Shown in pieces: positions 59,788 through 64,000 of a stretch of DNA of 64,000 bases (within the stretch, counting starts at the first letter, position 1; each line of letters starts with the position of its first letter). The stretch comes from Candidatus Nitrosomirales archaeon. Lineage in GTDB: Archaea; Thermoproteota; Nitrososphaeria; Nitrososphaerales; UBA213. A program made the position numbers and the translations under genes. Under the pieces are notes generated by a model. The model was given only the letters and a program-made list of their open reading frames with translations, made no database searches and was not told the DNA's origin. The DNA lies in NCBI GenBank assembly GCA_049199595.1, contig JBMCYV010000001.1, forward strand, positions 46,778 to 110,777, written 5' to 3'.

Positions 59788-60855
59788 TCAGGGCTGAACA
59801 CCGTGGTCAAATGCCAAATGACCTTGATAGTCAATATTGCAAATACCCACCCCACAATACTCACACTGACGGTCGATCTTATTTTCCTTGCATTTGGCAC
59901 AAAGCTGGGACTCTTCTTCTGATTTTTCCTCCGCTGCATCAACAGTAACAGCCTCTGGCAAGGAAGTTCCAAGCACCTGAATACGATTGTTACCTGAATC
60001 AGCGACTATAACACTACCAGTGCTACTTACAGCTACACCACGCGGAAAACTAAACTCGCCCTCTTTGGAGCCCATGGTACCTAATCTGAGAAGGAATTTA
60101 CCTGTTGGATCGAATTTCTGTATACGATTGTTGTACGTGTCGGCAACGTAGATATTTCCTTCTTTGTCTAATGCTACACCGCGTGGAAAGTTAAACTGGC
60201 CTTCATCAGAGCCCAGAGTACCTATTATCGCTAGGAATTTGCCCGTAGAGTCGAATTTCTGGACGCAGTTATTGTTCGCATCTACAACGTAAACATTGTT
60301 TTCAACATCAAGTGCCAATCCAACAGGAGAACTAAACTGACCTGGAACATAACCACCGCTGCCGAACTTGAAAATGAATTTACCTGTTGAGTCGAACTTT
60401 CTAATACAATGATTGTTTATGTCATTAATGTAGACGTTACCTTCTTTGTCCAATGCCACACAGTTTGGCTGACTAAACTGTATATCACCAGCACCACCAA
60501 ATTTGAGAAGGAATTTACCTGTTGGATCGAATTTCTGTACTCGAGAATTTTTTGTGTCAGCGACGTAAATGCTGCCTTCTTTGTCCACTGCTACACCGTG
60601 AGGGCTGTTAAACTGACCGTCGCCAGAACCGATATCGCCAAATTTTAGGAGTAGCTTACCAGTTGGATCGAATTTCTGTATACGATTATTCCTCGTATCG
60701 GCAACGTATATGTTGCCTTCCTTATCAACAGCTATACCAAAAGGCTGACCGAATCGTCCATCGTCAGAACCAGATCTACCGAATGCGAAAGAACGCATCG
60801 GTGCTTGACTGACTGACTGCTCGCTGCTCGGGTTCTGACCCTGGCCTTGACTCAT
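59788..60855 (-). CDS. NHL-repeat protein (6 repeats) with a C-terminal zinc-finger-like motif
   Basis: NHL repeats, then CAKC..CEYC..C..D..H..H. Confidence 0.9.
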   Translation of the reverse strand: MSQGQGQNPSSEQSVSQAPMRSFAFGRSGSDDGRFGQPFGIAVDKEGNIYVADTRNNRIQKFDPTGKLLLKFGDIGSGDGQFNSPHGVAVDKEGSIYVADTKNSRVQKFDPTGKFLLKFGGAGDIQFSQPNCVALDKEGNVYINDINNHCIRKFDSTGKFIFKFGSGGYVPGQFSSPVGLALDVENNVYVVDANNNCVQKFDSTGKFLAIIGTLGSDEGQFNFPRGVALDKEGNIYVADTYNNRIQKFDPTGKFLLRLGTMGSKEGEFSFPRGVAVSSTGSVIVADSGNNRIQVLGTSLPEAVTVDAAEEKSEEESQLCAKCKENKIDRQCEYCGVGICNIDYQGHLAFDHGVQP

Positions 60856-60904
60856 AATTTCTATGACTCTCTAGCCAATATTCAACCTTGCGGTATTCAG
60901 CACG

Positions 60905-61453
60905 CTACTTTGCAATCAGTACCTCTGTTGCCTTTACTATCGCCGTGACCTTGTCCCCAACCTTAAGTTCCAGATCGTTAGCCGCGTCACTTGTTATCAG
61001 CGAAACTATGCTTATAGGTGTAGAGCATTTGATCTCAACATGCGCTACCACAGAATCTTTTTTGATCTTCGTAACCTTGCCTACAATCTTATTTCTGGCG
61101 CTAATCTTAAGACCCAACGCTTCCCAAAACCCTTCATCTTTTACTACTCCCTTTATGCCCTTGGTGACCCTCTGATACTCTCTAACTATGTCAGAACCCT
61201 TCTTGCTTAATGTTACAAGTCCACCTCCTCCCTTGCCGCCCCTTGATCTCAAGAGAACTTTCGTTCCTAGTTGCTTCTCTAACTTGCCTATCAAATTCCA
61301 CGCATGACGAAACGATATCGACATCGCTTTAGCTGCATGTGATATGGATTGTTTTTCTCCAATTAGGCTCAGTAGTTCCAAGGTCTGTGGATCTACCCGA
61401 AGGCCTTTGTCAAGTTTTACCCAAACTCTTGGCTCTGAAATGAATCTTCTCAA
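60905..61453 (-). CDS. modE: ModE-like regulator (winged HTH plus TOBE domain)
   Basis: SISHAAKAMSISFRHAW, RGGKGGG, SARNKIVGKV and KATEV motifs. Confidence 0.9.
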   Translation of the reverse strand: MRRFISEPRVWVKLDKGLRVDPQTLELLSLIGEKQSISHAAKAMSISFRHAWNLIGKLEKQLGTKVLLRSRGGKGGGGLVTLSKKGSDIVREYQRVTKGIKGVVKDEGFWEALGLKISARNKIVGKVTKIKKDSVVAHVEIKCSTPISIVSLITSDAANDLELKVGDKVTAIVKATEVLIAK

Positions 61454-61456
61454 TTC

Positions 61457-61519
61457 TCGCTATGTAATCTTATAGCGAAATGTATTTATGCGTTGCGTTA
61501 TGAACAATAGTTCATAACA
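61457..61519. promoter_or_regulatory. Two palindromes, candidate ModE operators
   Basis: TCGCTAT-N8-ATAGCGA (61457-61478) and GTTATGAAC-AATA-GTTCATAAC (61497-61518). Confidence 0.65.
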
Positions 61520-61527
61520 ATGCATGC

Positions 61528-62526
61528 TTGGAGGAAATATCAGCCTTGACTAAGGGTGTAATTACAGTATCTATAGTTGTAGCATTATCAGCGATTGCAA
61601 GTATATTGTTTATAACGGAACAATACTCACAAGCATCTCCCAGAGGTGAGGTCTTCGTAATGTATGCAGGTTCTTTAGTAAAAACATTCGAGAACACTCT
61701 TGGGCCGTCGTTTCAAAGTGAGACTGGTTATACTTACATCGGCGAAGGCAAAGGTTCTGTACAGCTAGCAAATATGATAATTGATCAGCAAAGGCGTCCT
61801 GATATCTTCGTAAGTGCAGGCACTGTCCCTATCAAGAGGCTGATGGACAACAAACCTGCTTTAGCTCATTGGTTAGTGAAATTTGCTACCGCTGAAGTTG
61901 TAATAGCTTACACACCCAATAGTCCTTTCTTTGACGATTTGGAGAAGGCTAGAAAAGGAGAACTATTGTGGTACGAGGTTCTTTCCGAGGACGGTCTAAA
62001 GTTCAGAAGGACTGATCCTGAGCTGGATCCAAAGGGGTACTATACTATCATTGTTGCCAAGCTTGCTAACATGCATTATAAAGATCCAACGATCAAGGAC
62101 AGGATCCTAGGTGCTGATAGAAATCCTGAACAGATCCTACCAGAAGAGACACTGAAGACCGCGTTGCAGCAGGGTCAGATCGATGCCGCTGCTGCTTACA
62201 AACATGAAGCTGTGGCGCGAGGGCTTCCATATATCATACTGCCGAAGGAGATCAATCTTAGCGATCCCTCGTTCTCCAACTTTTACAAAGAGGCTTCATA
62301 CACTCTAGGTTCAAGTGTAACAGTTTATGGAGATATTATCCCATTCTGCATTACTATACCAGAAACAAGCAAGTATCTTGATGGCGCTATAGCTTTCATG
62401 AAATTCTTGCTCTCTGAGAAAGGCGCGAGCGTGCTTGAGCGCGATGGGTTGTATCCTATTACCATTGAAGCAGAGGGTGACCTTGAAGAAATTCCCTCTG
62501 CCATAATTGATATTGTTGGAGATTAA
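61528..62526 (+). CDS. wtpA: Molybdate/tungstate ABC substrate-binding protein (WtpA/ModA)
   Basis: YAGSL, GSV, DPELDPKGY and YKHEA motifs. Confidence 0.85.
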   Translation: MEEISALTKGVITVSIVVALSAIASILFITEQYSQASPRGEVFVMYAGSLVKTFENTLGPSFQSETGYTYIGEGKGSVQLANMIIDQQRRPDIFVSAGTVPIKRLMDNKPALAHWLVKFATAEVVIAYTPNSPFFDDLEKARKGELLWYEVLSEDGLKFRRTDPELDPKGYYTIIVAKLANMHYKDPTIKDRILGADRNPEQILPEETLKTALQQGQIDAAAAYKHEAVARGLPYIILPKEINLSDPSFSNFYKEASYTLGSSVTVYGDIIPFCITIPETSKYLDGAIAFMKFLLSEKGASVLERDGLYPITIEAEGDLEEIPSAIIDIVGD

Positions 62527-62531
62527 TATCG

Positions 62532-63338
62532 ATGCAAAAAGAATCGTCAGGCATTTCGAGGACGAGGGGCACGGGATTCGGTATTTTATTCTTGATTTTA
62601 GCGGGAGCTCTGGTTGCATACATAGCCTACCCTATTGTCAACATCGTTACCATCACAGATCCTGCAACACTTCTGGAGTCTATTACAAGACCTCAGGTCG
62701 GCAGTGCGTTCTTACTCAGCTTGGCCACTGCAACGATCTCAACTCTTCTTCTTGCAGTATTCGGGATACCGCTTGCGTACACGCTAGCAAGATATGATTT
62801 TCGGGGCAAGCTTCTGCTGAGGCTTGTTGTAATCCTTCCTCTAGTGATCCCACCCCTAGCAAGCGGTGCATTACTCTTAGGAATATTTGGTCCTTATACT
62901 CCTCTAGGAAAATCATTCTCCTTGGAGTTCACCCAGTCGCCTTTAGGTGTCATTATCGCCCAGATCTACATCTCTTCTCCCTTCATGATCCTCTTGTCTC
63001 AATCAGCGTTCGAATCTGTCGATCAATCTTATGAAAAAGTTTCTAGAGTTCTCGGGAAGAGCAGATTTCAAACATTTCTGCATGTTACACTTCCACTTGC
63101 AAAGACAGGAGTAATGGCGGGGATAATCATGTCATGGGTCAGAGCTGTAGGAGAGCTAGGAGCTACCATGATGTTGGCCTATAACCCTCATACTATATCC
63201 ATACAGATCTTCGAAGATAACGCAATTGGAGGGCTTGAACAAACTGTTCCTGGTATACTGCTGGTCATTCTTCTGTCGTTCATGGTATTAGCTGCTTTTT
63301 CCATTGTAAATAAAGGCGGATTGAGGTTGGGCTGGTGA
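62532..63338 (+). CDS. wtpB: Molybdate/tungstate ABC permease
   Basis: LPLVIPPLASG, EAA-like loop and RAVGELGAT. Confidence 0.85.
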   Translation: MQKESSGISRTRGTGFGILFLILAGALVAYIAYPIVNIVTITDPATLLESITRPQVGSAFLLSLATATISTLLLAVFGIPLAYTLARYDFRGKLLLRLVVILPLVIPPLASGALLLGIFGPYTPLGKSFSLEFTQSPLGVIIAQIYISSPFMILLSQSAFESVDQSYEKVSRVLGKSRFQTFLHVTLPLAKTGVMAGIIMSWVRAVGELGATMMLAYNPHTISIQIFEDNAIGGLEQTVPGILLVILLSFMVLAAFSIVNKGGLRLGW

Positions 63339-63342
63339 TTCG

Positions 63343-64000
63343 ATGGGATTAGAACTCGTTAACATAATGAAGAATTTCACTGATTTTAAACTGGGGCCCT
63401 TCAATCTGAAGATCGATAACGAGGTCTTGGTGCTGATTGGTCCTACCGGCAGCGGGAAAACTACTATACTCAACCTGATTGCTGGGATGGCAAATCCTGA
63501 TGCAGGATCAGTAATACTAGACGGTTCAGACATTACCAATGTACCGGTAGAATCCAGGAGAGTCGGTTACGTCTTCCAAACTCCAAGCTTATTTCCGCAT
63601 CTGAATGTCTACGAAAACATTATCTTTGGTCTTCCGAAGGTAAAGAGAAAAGAAAAGAGTCTTCATGTTAAGAAACTCTTGGACGAACTTGGAATTTCAC
63701 ACCTTTCAGATCGCAGAGTTCAGGGCTTAAGCGGAGGAGAGATGCAGAAAATTTCCCTAGCAAGAATGCTCGCTGTAGAACCGACGATCATACTACTAGA
63801 CGAACCTCTAGCACATTTAGATCCTCCTACAAGAAGAAAGCTGCGGCTGGAGCTGAGGAGAATTCTCAGAAAGCAAGGCGTTCCAGTGATCTACGTAACT
63901 CATTTCGAGGACGATGTATATGCTCTTGCTGACTCTGTGGCAGTATTACATGAAGGTATGATAGAAAAAACAGCAAGACTTGAAACGATCTTGGAATCAA
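63343..64000 (+). CDS. wtpC: ABC ATPase (WtpC/ModC), partial, runs off the window end
   Basis: Read manually: MGLELVNIMK..GPTGSGKTT, LSGGE and LLDEP. Confidence 0.85.
   Translation, partial: MGLELVNIMKNFTDFKLGPFNLKIDNEVLVLIGPTGSGKTTILNLIAGMANPDAGSVILDGSDITNVPVESRRVGYVFQTPSLFPHLNVYENIIFGLPKVKRKEKSLHVKKLLDELGISHLSDRRVQGLSGGEMQKISLARMLAVEPTIILLDEPLAHLDPPTRRKLRLELRRILRKQGVPVIYVTHFEDDVYALADSVAVLHEGMIEKTARLETILES

Noticed and set aside
361-63539. Numerous antisense or overlapping ORFs in the six-frame track
   Set aside because: They are shadows of well-supported genes and have no recognisable motifs.

Overview
Archaeal chromosomal DNA, most likely Nitrososphaeria (Thaumarchaeota). This is inferred from rpo7/spt4, aEF-1beta, Cdc48, Pth2, NreA, a membrane-bound double-cupredoxin protein and thaumarchaeal-type surface proteins. 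Housekeeping blocks are ilvB-ilvN-leuA-leuB, nadX/nadA/nadC, hppA, ctaB, cdc48 and gdhA. Three things stand out. (1) A complete Tat-exported type II DMSO-reductase-family operon (alpha, beta, heme-b gamma, TorD chaperone; 51.8-58.3 kb) whose motifs match the periplasmic Nitrospira/anammox-type nitrite oxidoreductase (NXR). It is surrounded by TatA, Fe-S/redox maturation genes, ModE and a molybdate/tungstate ABC transporter. (2) An unannotated 21-aa Leu/Val-rich leader peptide with alternative hairpins directly upstream of ilvB, which looks like a bacterial-type ribosome-mediated attenuator in an archaeon. (3) An ~8.4-kb surface-protein/ParB island bounded by a diverged duplicate of the nreA 3' end, plus a ~250-bp inverted repeat carrying a conserved 30-codon ORF that brackets the nreA region. 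No rRNA, tRNA, CRISPR array or transposase was recognised. All family assignments come from motif recognition, not database searches.
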